From positions 67,962-131,961 of the forward strand of contig DATKNL010000002.1 in NCBI GenBank assembly GCA_035541435.1: a stretch of DNA of 64,000 nt, read 5' to 3'. The stretch comes from Minisyncoccota bacterium. Lineage in GTDB: Bacteria; Patescibacteriota; Minisyncoccia; UBA6257; 2-01-FULL-56-20. The notes beneath the pieces were generated by a model that was not told the origin of the DNA, did no database searches, and worked only from the letters and a program-made list of their open reading frames with translations. The position numbers were made by a program, and so were the translations under genes. Positions 17,230-26,066 of this stretch are shown here, one piece after another (position 1 is the first letter of the stretch; each line of letters begins with the position of its first letter).

Positions 17230-19356
17230 ATGGAAACCCGCTACGACCACGAGAAAACCGAGCCGCGCATTTATGCCCAATGGGAGCAATCCGGCTATTT
17301 CAACCCCGACACGCTGCCCGGCGACCGCCCCGAGCCCTTCACGATCGTCATGCCCCCGCCGAACTCGAACGGGTCGCTGCACGTCGGCCACGCGCTCTTC
17401 GTCACACTGCAGGACATCATGATCCGCTTCGCGCGCATGCGCGGGAAGAAGGCGCTGTGGATCCCGGGCGCCGACCACGCGGGGTTCGAGACGCAGATCG
17501 TCTATGAGCGGGAGCTCGAGAAGCAGGGCCGCTCGCGGTTCGCAATGAAGCCCGAGGAACTTTACAAGGAGATCCTCGCCTTCACGCTCTCGAACAAGAC
17601 CTATATGGAGAACCAGATCCGCTCGCTCGGCGCGTCGTGCGACTGGTCGCGCGAGAAGTTCACGCTCGATCCCGACGTCGTACGCAAGACCCAGCAGACG
17701 TTCCGGCGGCTCTACGACGACGGGCTTCTTTATCGCGGCAAGCGCATCGTGAACTGGTGCGTCAAGCACCAGACGTCGCTTTCGGACGTCGAGACCGAGT
17801 TCAAGGACCGCAAGGATCCCTTCTATTATTTCACCTACGGCCCGTTCACGATCGGCACGGCGCGGCCCGAGACCAAGTTCGGCGACAAGTACGTGGTCGT
17901 GCATCCGGCCGACGAGCGCTATGCGCAGTTCAAGGACGGCCAGAAGATCGAGCTCGAATGGATCAACGGCCCGATCACGGCGACCGTGGTCAAGGACGAG
18001 GCGATCGACATGTCGTTCGGCACGGGCGCGATGACGATCACGCCGTGGCACGATCCGGTGGACTTCGAGATCGCCGAACGCCACAAGCTCGACAAGGAGC
18101 CGATCATCGACCTGCACGGCAAGCTGCTGCCCATCGCCGGCGAGTTCGCCGGCATGAAGATCGACGAGGCGCGCGCGAAGATCGTCGAGAAGCTCCGCGC
18201 GAAGGGCCTGCTCGTGAAGACCGACGAGGACTACGAGCACGCGGTGCGCGTCTGCTACAAGTGCGAGCGCGTGATCGAGCCGCAGGTGCTCGACCAGTGG
18301 TTCGTGAAGATGAAGCCGCTCGCCGACCTCGCCCTCAAGGCGGTCGCCGAGAAGAAAATCGCGTTCATCCCCGACCGGTTCGAGAAGGTCTTCACCTATT
18401 GGATGGAGCACACGCTCGACTGGAACATCTCGCGGCAGATCGTCTGGGGCATCCCGATCCCCGCGAAAATCTGCGAGCGGTGCGGCGACGGCGTCCCCGA
18501 CCTCGAAGACGCGGTCACGGCATGCCCGAAATGCGGCGGCCCCGTCCGCAAGGACACCGACACGTTCGACACCTGGTTCTCGTCCGGCCAATGGCCGCTC
18601 ATGGTGCTCGGCTATCCCGACGGGCGCGATTTCAAGACGTTCTATCCGACCGACGTCATGGAGACTGCCTACGACCTGGTGTTCAAGTGGATCCCGCGCA
18701 TGGTCTTCTTCGGCCTCTATCTCGCGGGCGACGTCCCCTTCAGGACGGTCTATTTCCACGGCCTTGTGAACGACGCCCACGGCAAGAAGATGTCGAAGAG
18801 CAAAGGGAACGTGATGAACCCGCTCGACATGACGGCCAAGTACGGCACCGACGCGCTGCGCATCTCGCTCGTCGTCGGCAATCCGGCCGGCAGCGAGATG
18901 AGCCTTTCGGAGGACCGCATCCGCGGCTACCGCAACTTCTCGACGAAGATCTGGAACATCGCGCGGTTCATCGAGATGAACCGGCCGGCGGGCAGCACGG
19001 CGACGAAGGAATCATTTAAAAAAGATGAAACGATGCTTGCAAAAAATCCTCATATGCAGAGGATGGCGGAGCTCCGCAAGGACGTGACCGCCCACATCGA
19101 GGCCTTCGAGTTCCACCTCGCGGCCGAGAAGCTCTATCACTACGTCTGGCACGAGCTCGCCGACAAGGTGATCGAGGCCGAGAAGGGCCGCCTGCGCGAC
19201 GGCTCCCCCGCCGAGCGCGAGGAATCGTACGAACTCCTCGAAGCGCTCCTGCTCGGCTCGCTCAAGATGCTCCATCCCTTCATGCCGTTCGTCACCGAGG
19301 AGATCTGGCAGATCTTCAGGCCCGGCACGATGCTCATCGTGGAACCCTGGGAATAA
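17230..19356 (+). CDS. valS: Valyl-tRNA synthetase, short form (708 aa, no C-terminal coiled-coil)
   Basis: Class I motifs PPPNSNGSLHVGHA (HIGH) and KMSKSKGN. ValRS-type editing/CP1 region and DWNISRQIVWGIPIP. -10 TATACT lies ~9 nt before the ATG. Confidence 0.85.
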   Translation: METRYDHEKTEPRIYAQWEQSGYFNPDTLPGDRPEPFTIVMPPPNSNGSLHVGHALFVTLQDIMIRFARMRGKKALWIPGADHAGFETQIVYERELEKQGRSRFAMKPEELYKEILAFTLSNKTYMENQIRSLGASCDWSREKFTLDPDVVRKTQQTFRRLYDDGLLYRGKRIVNWCVKHQTSLSDVETEFKDRKDPFYYFTYGPFTIGTARPETKFGDKYVVVHPADERYAQFKDGQKIELEWINGPITATVVKDEAIDMSFGTGAMTITPWHDPVDFEIAERHKLDKEPIIDLHGKLLPIAGEFAGMKIDEARAKIVEKLRAKGLLVKTDEDYEHAVRVCYKCERVIEPQVLDQWFVKMKPLADLALKAVAEKKIAFIPDRFEKVFTYWMEHTLDWNISRQIVWGIPIPAKICERCGDGVPDLEDAVTACPKCGGPVRKDTDTFDTWFSSGQWPLMVLGYPDGRDFKTFYPTDVMETAYDLVFKWIPRMVFFGLYLAGDVPFRTVYFHGLVNDAHGKKMSKSKGNVMNPLDMTAKYGTDALRISLVVGNPAGSEMSLSEDRIRGYRNFSTKIWNIARFIEMNRPAGSTATKESFKKDETMLAKNPHMQRMAELRKDVTAHIEAFEFHLAAEKLYHYVWHELADKVIEAEKGRLRDGSPAEREESYELLEALLLGSLKMLHPFMPFVTEEIWQIFRPGTMLIVEPWE

Positions 19357-19387
19357 CCGACGCAAAGCCGCGTGATACAATGAAGGC

Positions 19388-20065
19388 ATGCTGATTGCGG
19401 CCTTCGTGATCGGGCTCCTGCCGGGCTTCGCCTGGCTGGCTTTCTATCTGGGCGAGGATCCCCACCCCGAACCGAAGCGCCTCATCGCACTCACGTTCAT
19501 CGTCGGCATCGCCTTCGGCTTCTTCACGATCGGCCTCGAGGAGCTCCTCACGCACGGGTTCGGCAGCGTGAACATCGAGGAGCTCTCGATCCTTTCGCTC
19601 TTCTCGCTCGCCCTCGTCGAGGAGTTCATGAAGTTCGCCGCGGCGCACTTCGTCGTCGCGCACAACCCGGAGTTCGACGAGCCGGTCGACGCGATGATCT
19701 ATATGGTGGTCGCCGCGCTCGGCTTCGCGACGCTCGAGAACATCGGCGCGATCGCGAATATCGCGGCGTCCCCGTCGATCGTGGCCTCGATCTTCCAGAC
19801 GATCTCGTTCCGCTTCGTCGGGGCGACGCTGCTGCACTCCCTCACCTCGGCGATCGTCGGCTATTACTGGGCGCTCGGCATCGCGCGGCGCCGGGTCGGC
19901 CGGACGCTCGTCCCGGGGTTCCTCGTGGCCGCGGTCATCCACGCTTTTTTCAACTATCTCATCCTGAGCTATGGCGAGATCGTGTATGCTGTGGTATTCT
20001 TGATGATAATAGGATTTTTTGTGTTGTATGATTTTGAGAAGCTTAAGGCGCAACCGGCAGCCTGA
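19388..20065 (+). CDS. PrsW-family intramembrane metalloprotease-like protein
   Basis: Polytopic membrane protein with EEFMKF (EExxK), FxxxH and HAFFNYL (HxxxN) motif set. Confidence 0.65.
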   Translation: MLIAAFVIGLLPGFAWLAFYLGEDPHPEPKRLIALTFIVGIAFGFFTIGLEELLTHGFGSVNIEELSILSLFSLALVEEFMKFAAAHFVVAHNPEFDEPVDAMIYMVVAALGFATLENIGAIANIAASPSIVASIFQTISFRFVGATLLHSLTSAIVGYYWALGIARRRVGRTLVPGFLVAAVIHAFFNYLILSYGEIVYAVVFLMIIGFFVLYDFEKLKAQPAA

Positions 20066-20075
20066 GGAACAACCC

Positions 20076-20567
20076 ATGAACCAGAACGACGACTATTATT
20101 TCGAACAGCTCGCAAGCGGCAAGGAGCAGCCCGAAGTCGAGGCCGAGCTCGCGCGCGCGAACGCCGGCGCGGTCTCGCCGTCGCGCCCCCGCCTGCGCAC
20201 CAAGCGCGCCGGCAGCGAATGGGCCGACGCGGAACCCGAAGGCCAGCTCACCGTCGACGTCTATCAGACGCCCGACGAGATCGTCGTCGAATCGGCGATC
20301 GCGGGCGTCCATCCCGACGACCTCGACATCACGGCGACCATCGACTCGGTCTCGATCCGCGGGACGCGCTCGCACGAGAAGCCGGTCCAGGACGAGGACT
20401 ACCTCTATCAGGAATGCTATTGGGGACGGTTCGCCCGCACGATCATCCTCCCGCAGGAAGTCGAGCCAGAAGGCGCCGAGGTGACGTTCAAGAACGGCAT
20501 CCTGTCCGTCCACCTGCCGAAAGCCAGCAAGAAGAAGACGCGCAAGCTGCAGGTCCGCATCGACTAG
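20076..20567 (+). CDS. Small heat-shock protein, Hsp20 / alpha-crystallin family
   Basis: Start reassigned to ATG 20076 with GAGGAA RBS. ACD core (LTVDVYQT...VTFKNGILSVHLPK). Confidence 0.85.
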   Translation: MNQNDDYYFEQLASGKEQPEVEAELARANAGAVSPSRPRLRTKRAGSEWADAEPEGQLTVDVYQTPDEIVVESAIAGVHPDDLDITATIDSVSIRGTRSHEKPVQDEDYLYQECYWGRFARTIILPQEVEPEGAEVTFKNGILSVHLPKASKKKTRKLQVRID

Positions 20568-20612
20568 CGGCGCCTTGCGCGAATCGCGGATTTCGGCTAT
20601 ACTCCCAAGACC

Positions 20613-20840
20613 ATGAGGAAATGCGCACGATGCGGAAAAGGTTCCCAGATGCAGGGCGAACGTCGCCTGCTTCGCGGCCACTATAACCCGGTGAACTGGT
20701 CCCGCAAATATCCGAACCTCCAGTACGCGCGGATCGACGGCAAGCGGGTGCTCGTCTGCACGCAGTGTTTACGCACGATCAATAAGCCGGCCCGCAAGGT
20801 GGTGCGGAAGGCGGCCGTGACGGCAGCCGTGGCGGCATAG
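20613..20840 (+). CDS. rpmB: Ribosomal protein bL28-like (Zn-ribbon form)
   Basis: 75 aa. MRKCARCGK...PNLQYARIDGKRVLVCTQC matches the bL28 pattern M-RKC..GK.....NLQ..RI..GK..V.V plus CxxC...CxxC. Confidence 0.6.
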   Translation: MRKCARCGKGSQMQGERRLLRGHYNPVNWSRKYPNLQYARIDGKRVLVCTQCLRTINKPARKVVRKAAVTAAVAA

Positions 20841-20853
20841 CCTGCGACCCGCC

Positions 20854-21618
20854 ATGGAATCGATCCCGGAACACCTCAAGTTTTCCCGGAGCGCGGAAAC
20901 CCTCGAACACGAGGGTATTTCTATAGAAGCCTATCTCGACAACCTCGAGCAGGACCTCAAAGAGGAGCTTGAGCGCATCATGCGGGACGAGAAGATGCTC
21001 GGCGAAGGCGAGGCCGGCAAGGTCTTCGAGGTCCATGCCAGCCGCTCGAAATGCCAGGCGTGCGTGAAGGTCTGGCATCCGCACCTCGAAAAGCTCAAAA
21101 GCGAGAACTATTTGGAATACCGGCAGATCCAGGCCCTGGACCCCGAAGACGAGTTCAACCTGCAGGACGACCTTTATATCAGCGGCTTCAGGAACATCCC
21201 GCGGCCGTTCGCATTCGCGAAGATCGGCAACCTCGCCATCATGGGGATGGAAAAGGTACAGGGATACACGCTGCAGGATATCAAAAGCGCGGGCGCCCAC
21301 ATTGCGAATCCGGCCTGGAAGGACCTCGACAGGCTGCTCTTCGAACTCAACATCAGCCACAAGGTCCTTCATCGCGACATCCATAAAAGCAACATCATGC
21401 TCCGCACGTCGGATAAGCTTGCGCCGGGCGGCGAGCTTTCGGGCGAACTCGTCTTCATCGATCTCGGCCGCGGGCGCAAGATCCACGGCCGCCCGACGCC
21501 GGACGACTATCGGTTGACAATCGGCAATAATGTGATATCCTATACCCAGGACAAATCGGCGGTTGAGCAGCTGCGGCCGAATCCGCGAACGCCTGATACG
21601 AATATCTTTACACGATAG
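20854..21618 (+). CDS. Minimal eukaryotic-like protein kinase fold protein (atypical kinase)
   Basis: GEGEAGKVF glycine loop, CVKV lysine, HRDIHKSNIML catalytic loop, IDLG (DFG-like). No canonical activation segment. ~254 aa. Confidence 0.5.
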   Translation: MESIPEHLKFSRSAETLEHEGISIEAYLDNLEQDLKEELERIMRDEKMLGEGEAGKVFEVHASRSKCQACVKVWHPHLEKLKSENYLEYRQIQALDPEDEFNLQDDLYISGFRNIPRPFAFAKIGNLAIMGMEKVQGYTLQDIKSAGAHIANPAWKDLDRLLFELNISHKVLHRDIHKSNIMLRTSDKLAPGGELSGELVFIDLGRGRKIHGRPTPDDYRLTIGNNVISYTQDKSAVEQLRPNPRTPDTNIFTR

Positions 21619-21626
21619 GAATCGTT

Positions 21627-21926
21627 ATGACCCTCATAGCTCGCATCAGCAAAAACGTTGTTCAGGAATTGAAAACCCAGGCAGAACAATCAGCGCCGGA
21701 CGTTTCAAACCCCACGGGCGACCTCTTCATCATGAAGTCGGCGCCGCTTGCGGGGATCCGGCTCAAGGTTCCTCTCGAAGCGTATCTTGCGAACATCCCC
21801 CGCCGGCCGGACATCGTTCCGACCGACGACGAGCTGTTTGCGATCGTCGTGAACAGCGAGGTCTCGCTGCGCGACGGTAAGACGTTCATCGACGGACAGG
21901 AGGTCGACCTTCTTCCGAAACTCTGA
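21627..21926 (+). CDS. Hypothetical protein (99 aa)
   Basis: ORF followed by a clear terminator; no domain recognized. Confidence 0.45.
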   Translation: MTLIARISKNVVQELKTQAEQSAPDVSNPTGDLFIMKSAPLAGIRLKVPLEAYLANIPRRPDIVPTDDELFAIVVNSEVSLRDGKTFIDGQEVDLLPKL

Positions 21927-21930
21927 TCAA

Positions 21931-21958
21931 GGATGCCCTCGGGCATCCTTTTTCTTTT
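21931..21958 (+). terminator. Rho-independent terminator
   Basis: GGATGCC-CTCG-GGCATCC hairpin then TTTTTCTTTT. Confidence 0.6.
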
Positions 21959-21985
21959 GAGGGAAATGCGCTAGCATAGAGCGGA

Positions 21986-22056
21986 CGGGCCGTAGTATAC
22001 CGGTAGTACGAGCGCATGGGGTGCGTTTAGACCGGGTTCGATTCCCGGCGGCCCGA
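21986..22056 (+). tRNA. tRNA-Pro (anticodon GGG)
   Basis: Manual fold: acceptor CGGGCCG/CGGCCCG, anticodon loop AUGGGGU giving GGG, T-arm CCGGG-UUCGAUU-CCCGG, discriminator A. No encoded CCA. Confidence 0.8.
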
Positions 22057-22081
22057 CTCAAATAAAACAGCTCTTGAACGA

Positions 22082-22121
22082 GAATCGAACGAGCGGAGGG
22101 GTCGGGGAACCGCGGCCGGTT
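22082..22121 (+). repeat. tRNA-adjacent ~40-nt repeat, copy 1 (GAATCGAACGAGCGGAGGGGTCGGGGAACCGCGGCCGGTT)
   Basis: Near-identical (one extra G) to 58875-58915 downstream of tRNA-Gly. Begins 26 nt after the tRNA-Pro 3' end. Confidence 0.55.
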
Positions 22122-23049
22122 GCTGCTTCTGCGTCGCTTTTCGCGTATAATGAATCGCATGGATCCCATGACCGCAACCTATGTCGACCGGGCTCAGAAT
22201 GAGCTCACCGAGCACCTTGTCTATGGCAAGCTCGCCGCGCGCGAGAAGAACCCGCACAACCGCGCGCTCCTCGAACGGCTTTCGGCCTCCGAAAAGACGC
22301 ACTATGAGTTTTGGAAGACGCTCGCTCCCGAAGCCGAGCACGTGAAGCCGCGCAAAACGGGCCTCATCGGCATCCCCCTTTTGCGCTCGGCGCTCGGCAT
22401 CACCTTCGTCACGAAATTCCTCGAGGGCCACGAACGGGATGCGATCTCGACCTATCGCGAGATGCTGAAGACGATCGCCCCCGAGCACCGTCAGCGGCTC
22501 GAGGCGATCATCAAGGACGAGGAATCGCACGAGCAGGGGCTGCTCACCCAGCTCCAGGAGCGCCGCATCGCCTATATCGGCTTCATTGCGCTCGGCCTGT
22601 CGGACGCGATCGTCGAGATCACCGGCGTCCATGCCGGCTTCCTCGGCGTCACCGGCTCCACGCTCATCGCGGGCGTTTCGGGCATCATCGTCGGCTTCGC
22701 CGCCGCGATATCGATGGGATCGGCCGCCTATATCCAGGCCAAGCAGGATCCCGACAAATCCCCGGTCCCGTCCGCCCTATCCACCGGCCTCACCTATCTC
22801 GGATCGGTCATCATGCTCGCCCTCCCCTATTTCCTCATCCGCACCATGGTCGTGGCCTTCGTCATCTCGACGGGCATCGGCGTCCTGCTGCTCGCCGGGT
22901 TCATCTTCTTCAGCGCCGTGGTCTTCGACAAGCAGTTCTTCCGCGAGTTCGGCGAGTCGGTGGGTCTCATGCTCGGAACCGCCCTTGCGACCTACGTCCT
23001 CGGCACCGTCGTCGGATCGGTCTTCCACCTCAATCAGGCAAGCTTCTAA
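22120..23049 (+). CDS. Ferritin-like (rubrerythrin-type) domain fused to a VIT1/CCC1-family iron/manganese transporter domain
   Basis: N-terminal four-helix ferritin-like region (EKTHYEFW...EESHEQ), C-terminal polytopic VIT1-like region. True start probably an internal ATG (22150/22159/22168), since a TATAAT sits at 22145-22150. Confidence 0.7.
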   Translation: MLLLRRFSRIMNRMDPMTATYVDRAQNELTEHLVYGKLAAREKNPHNRALLERLSASEKTHYEFWKTLAPEAEHVKPRKTGLIGIPLLRSALGITFVTKFLEGHERDAISTYREMLKTIAPEHRQRLEAIIKDEESHEQGLLTQLQERRIAYIGFIALGLSDAIVEITGVHAGFLGVTGSTLIAGVSGIIVGFAAAISMGSAAYIQAKQDPDKSPVPSALSTGLTYLGSVIMLALPYFLIRTMVVAFVISTGIGVLLLAGFIFFSAVVFDKQFFREFGESVGLMLGTALATYVLGTVVGSVFHLNQASF

Positions 23050-23069
23050 GCCCTCCGCCGCGGACCGTC

Positions 23070-23405
23070 ATGCCCATCATCGATCTCAGGCAGAAGCACT
23101 GCGTCCCCTGCGAAGGCGGCATGCCGCCGCTTAACAAAGAGCAGATCGCCCATTACGCGCCCCAGGCGCCCGGCTGGACCGTTTCGGCCGACGACAAGAG
23201 GATATCGCGGGAGCTCAAGTTCAAGGACTTCGCCGAAGCGATGAAGTTCGTGAACAGCGTTGCGGGCATCGCGGAGGCGGAGGGCCATCATCCCGACCTC
23301 TATGTCTTCTATAACCTCGTGAAGCTCGACCTCACGACCCACGCGATGAACGGCCTCTCGGAAAACGACTTCATCATGGCGGCCAAGATCAACGCCCTTG
23401 TATGA
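23070..23405 (+). CDS. Pterin-4a-carbinolamine dehydratase (PCD/DCoH)
   Basis: Start reassigned to MPIIDLRQ at 23070. EGHHPD active-site motif. ~111 aa. Confidence 0.85.
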   Translation: MPIIDLRQKHCVPCEGGMPPLNKEQIAHYAPQAPGWTVSADDKRISRELKFKDFAEAMKFVNSVAGIAEAEGHHPDLYVFYNLVKLDLTTHAMNGLSENDFIMAAKINALV

Positions 23406-23423
23406 ATTCCGTCGCGGGCGGTG

Positions 23424-23590
23424 TATAATGATAGTGATCCCGCTGCAGATCTCGGATCAAACAATTTTGACAGGGAGGGCGATTATTTCTCAGATCCGTG
23501 GATCTGAGGTGAGCCCACCCACCTGGCGCAACGCCAGAGATCTCAAGCGGGAGCCAAAGAATCCGACGCATGTCGGATTTTTTGTCGGCC
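23424..23590 (+). promoter_or_regulatory. Candidate structured RNA leader / riboswitch-like attenuator: TGTATAAT -10, ~150-nt structured region, intrinsic terminator just before the ATG of the PEGA-domain gene
   Basis: Extended -10 at 23422-23429. Long-range helix GATCCCGCTGCAGATCTC (23436-53) vs GAGATCTCAAGCGGGAGC (23538-55). Internal hairpins CTCAGATC-CGTG-GATCTGAG and TGGCG-CAA-CGCCA. Terminator AATCCGAC-GCAT-GTCGGATT + TTTTTTG at 23561-23587. ATG at 23612. Confidence 0.3.
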
Positions 23591-23611
23591 CGTTCTGCTA
23601 CAATTAACCAT

Positions 23612-24931
23612 ATGACTCGTCGGACGAGGAGAATTGTCTTTTACATACTCGTGGCCCTGTTCGTCGTCGTCGGTACCGGAGCCGTCCTCTATGCGGAGGG
23701 TCTGCGGCTCGACTTCGCCTCGTTGAAACTGAAGAAGGTCGGCGGCATCTATGTGCGCGCCTTCCCGCAGGGCGCCTCGATCGCGCTCGACGGGACGCCG
23801 ATCCGCAACCAGTCGAACTTCCTCACGCACGGCACCCTCATCTCGAACCTATTTCCCAAGAGCTACACCCTGTCGCTCACGCTGCCCGGCTATGACGCAT
23901 GGCAGGAGCGCGCCGACGTCGAGCCGTCGCTCGTCGTCGAGATGAAATACGCCGTCCTCGTCCCGAACACCGGCACGGCCGTCGCGACCTCGGGCGACGT
24001 CACGGACTTCTTCGCCGTCGGGAACGAGCGCGTCGAGACCCGCGAAAGCGGCGCGATCGTGTGGCGCGGCGCGGCCGTGGCCACGGGAACCGTCATGAGC
24101 CGCAGCAGCGACTTCAAGACCATGGTCTATCGCACCGCCGCCGGGCGCTACATGCTCTTCGACTTCACGACCGGCACGTCCGCCGACCTCACCGCGCTTT
24201 TCGAGAAGAAGCACGTCGCGGCCGGCGCCATCCGCTCGATCATCGTCAACCCGAAGAACGACACCGGCGGCCTGGCGCTTACCGGAAGCCGCGTATGGTC
24301 CGTCGACTTCGCCGGCCTCTCGGTCACGCCGATCGCCACCTCGTCGCCGCAGGATTCCATCGCCCCGACCCTCGCGGCCTCGCAGTCCGAGAGCGCCTGG
24401 AGCGAGATCGAGACCGCCTCGGACACGTCCCGCATCTCGGTCTATGACAACTTCTCGGGTCTCGTGATCGGGCGCGTCGAAGTCCCCGGCGCGACCCAGA
24501 CGCTCGGCTGGCTGAGCGACTCGTCGCTCGGCATCCTTCAGACGAACGGGTCGCTGTACATCTATGACCTCCCGACCCAGGCGCTCCGCTCGATCGCGAG
24601 CGACGTGAAGTCGTTCTATCCGTCGCCCGACGGGACGCTCGTCGCCGCGCTCGAACGCTCGAGCCTCGAGATCTTCGACTTCGCGGACGACGACTATTAC
24701 CGCTTCAACCTTCCGGACATGGCAACCATCCAGGGCCTCGCCTGGTACAAGGACGAGAACCACCTTTTCATCACCTATCCCGACCGGATCGCCTTCTTCG
24801 ACCTCGCCGACACCTCGCTCATGAACGTGACGCCGGTCGCCCACGGGACCGACCCCCTCTATGACCCGCAGGAAAACGCCCTGTACGTCGTGCAGGGCGG
24901 CAACGTGAAGCGGTTCACGTTCCCAAGCTGA
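23612..24931 (+). CDS. Membrane-anchored PEGA-domain protein with C-terminal beta-rich domain
   Basis: Start reassigned to MTRRTRRIVFYIL at 23612 (N-terminal TM). PEGA-like segment (GASIALDGTPI...PGYDAWQ). Confidence 0.55.
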   Translation: MTRRTRRIVFYILVALFVVVGTGAVLYAEGLRLDFASLKLKKVGGIYVRAFPQGASIALDGTPIRNQSNFLTHGTLISNLFPKSYTLSLTLPGYDAWQERADVEPSLVVEMKYAVLVPNTGTAVATSGDVTDFFAVGNERVETRESGAIVWRGAAVATGTVMSRSSDFKTMVYRTAAGRYMLFDFTTGTSADLTALFEKKHVAAGAIRSIIVNPKNDTGGLALTGSRVWSVDFAGLSVTPIATSSPQDSIAPTLAASQSESAWSEIETASDTSRISVYDNFSGLVIGRVEVPGATQTLGWLSDSSLGILQTNGSLYIYDLPTQALRSIASDVKSFYPSPDGTLVAALERSSLEIFDFADDDYYRFNLPDMATIQGLAWYKDENHLFITYPDRIAFFDLADTSLMNVTPVAHGTDPLYDPQENALYVVQGGNVKRFTFPS

Positions 24932-24969
24932 CCTTGTCGCGGCGCCGGGACGGCCCGCGTCTTTGATCT

Positions 24970-25554
24970 TTAGGCCGGACCGTTCTGATTGAAATGCTTG
25001 CGCGCGCGGAGCAGAAGCTCGCGCTGCACGTATTTTGCCTTCGTCCGTCCGACGCCCGGCAGCATGAGCCGGTTCTCAGGCAGCGACTTGTCCCCCGTCA
25101 TGAAGATCACGATGCGGCTCACGCCGATCAGCCGGTCGAGCGGCCCTCGGACGATGTTCACGTTCTGAATCTGGTGATAGAGCGCCGCCGTCTCGGTGCG
25201 CATGACGTAGCCCGAGGTCATCATGAACGCCTCGTCGGTGAAGACATAGACGCGGTAGCGGTATTCGAGATAGGTCTCGAGGAAGACCACGACGAAATAG
25301 GCGACCGCGAGCAGGGTGACGATCTTCGCGGCATAGACGCCCCACGGCCCGTATTCCGGCGGCAGAAGCGGGACGGCATACCAGATCCCGATCGAGACGA
25401 GCGCAAGGAAGATGAAAATGCGGATGCGCTTCATGAAGAAGAGCATGAACGCGCGCCGGCCGAGCCGGTGCTTCTTGTCGTTCTCGAATCCCGCGAACTC
25501 GGGCTTCGCGCCGGGTCTCGCCGCGGTTTCCGGGGTTTTCACGGCTTCGGTCAT
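24970..25554 (-). CDS. Bacterial PH-domain (YdbS/YdbT-like) membrane protein
   Basis: Two TM helices followed by a bPH_2-like domain (VFTDEAFMMTSGYVMRTETAALYHQIQNVNIVRGPLDRLIG...). Confidence 0.55.
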   Translation of the reverse strand: MTEAVKTPETAARPGAKPEFAGFENDKKHRLGRRAFMLFFMKRIRIFIFLALVSIGIWYAVPLLPPEYGPWGVYAAKIVTLLAVAYFVVVFLETYLEYRYRVYVFTDEAFMMTSGYVMRTETAALYHQIQNVNIVRGPLDRLIGVSRIVIFMTGDKSLPENRLMLPGVGRTKAKYVQRELLLRARKHFNQNGPA

Positions 25555-25568
25555 GCTATCATTATAGT

Positions 25569-26039
25569 ATGTTCGGCAAAGAACCGCATGCGAAATTGCC
25601 GCACGGGGTGCGCTTCGTCGCGTTCCTGCTGCGCCTCGTGCTCGGTGCGAGCTTCCTCTATCTCGGCTATGCGAGCCTCTTCAACCCGCAGCTCGGCCTG
25701 GTCCTCGAAGGCCGCTCGCTCTCGGGCGTCTATGCCTGGGTGAACGGTATGCCGGCGACGACCTGGCTCCATCCGGTCGCGCAGTGGGGCTTCCTCGCGA
25801 TCGGCGCGCTGCTCGTCCTCGGCGTAGCCACGCGCTTCGCCTCGTTCGCCGCGATCGTCCTCATCCTTGCGGGCTACATCCCGAGCGTCGGCTACACCGT
25901 CTCGAGCGTCCTCCAGTTCGTGAACGACGAGCTTGTCGTGATCATCGCCCTCCTCATGCTCATCGCGACCAAGGCCGGCGACTATCTGGGCCTCGACGCG
26001 TTCTTCCATTTCGGCTTCCACCGAAAGAAAGAAAAATGA
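25569..26039 (+). CDS. DoxX-family membrane protein
   Basis: 156 aa, four TM helices, DoxX-like sequence features. Confidence 0.75.
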   Translation: MFGKEPHAKLPHGVRFVAFLLRLVLGASFLYLGYASLFNPQLGLVLEGRSLSGVYAWVNGMPATTWLHPVAQWGFLAIGALLVLGVATRFASFAAIVLILAGYIPSVGYTVSSVLQFVNDELVVIIALLMLIATKAGDYLGLDAFFHFGFHRKKEK

Positions 26040-26066
26040 AAAAATCCTAAAAGGAACCTTGACAGC

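Noticed and set aside
17137-18780. 547-aa minus-strand ORF and 17637-19019 plus-strand alternate-frame ORF within valS
   Set aside because: Overlap a complete ValRS with canonical motifs. Products are low-complexity.
22027-22632. 201-aa minus-strand ORF overlapping tRNA-Pro region and the ferritin-VIT1 gene
   Set aside because: Overlaps a tRNA and is antisense to a domain-rich gene. Low-complexity product.
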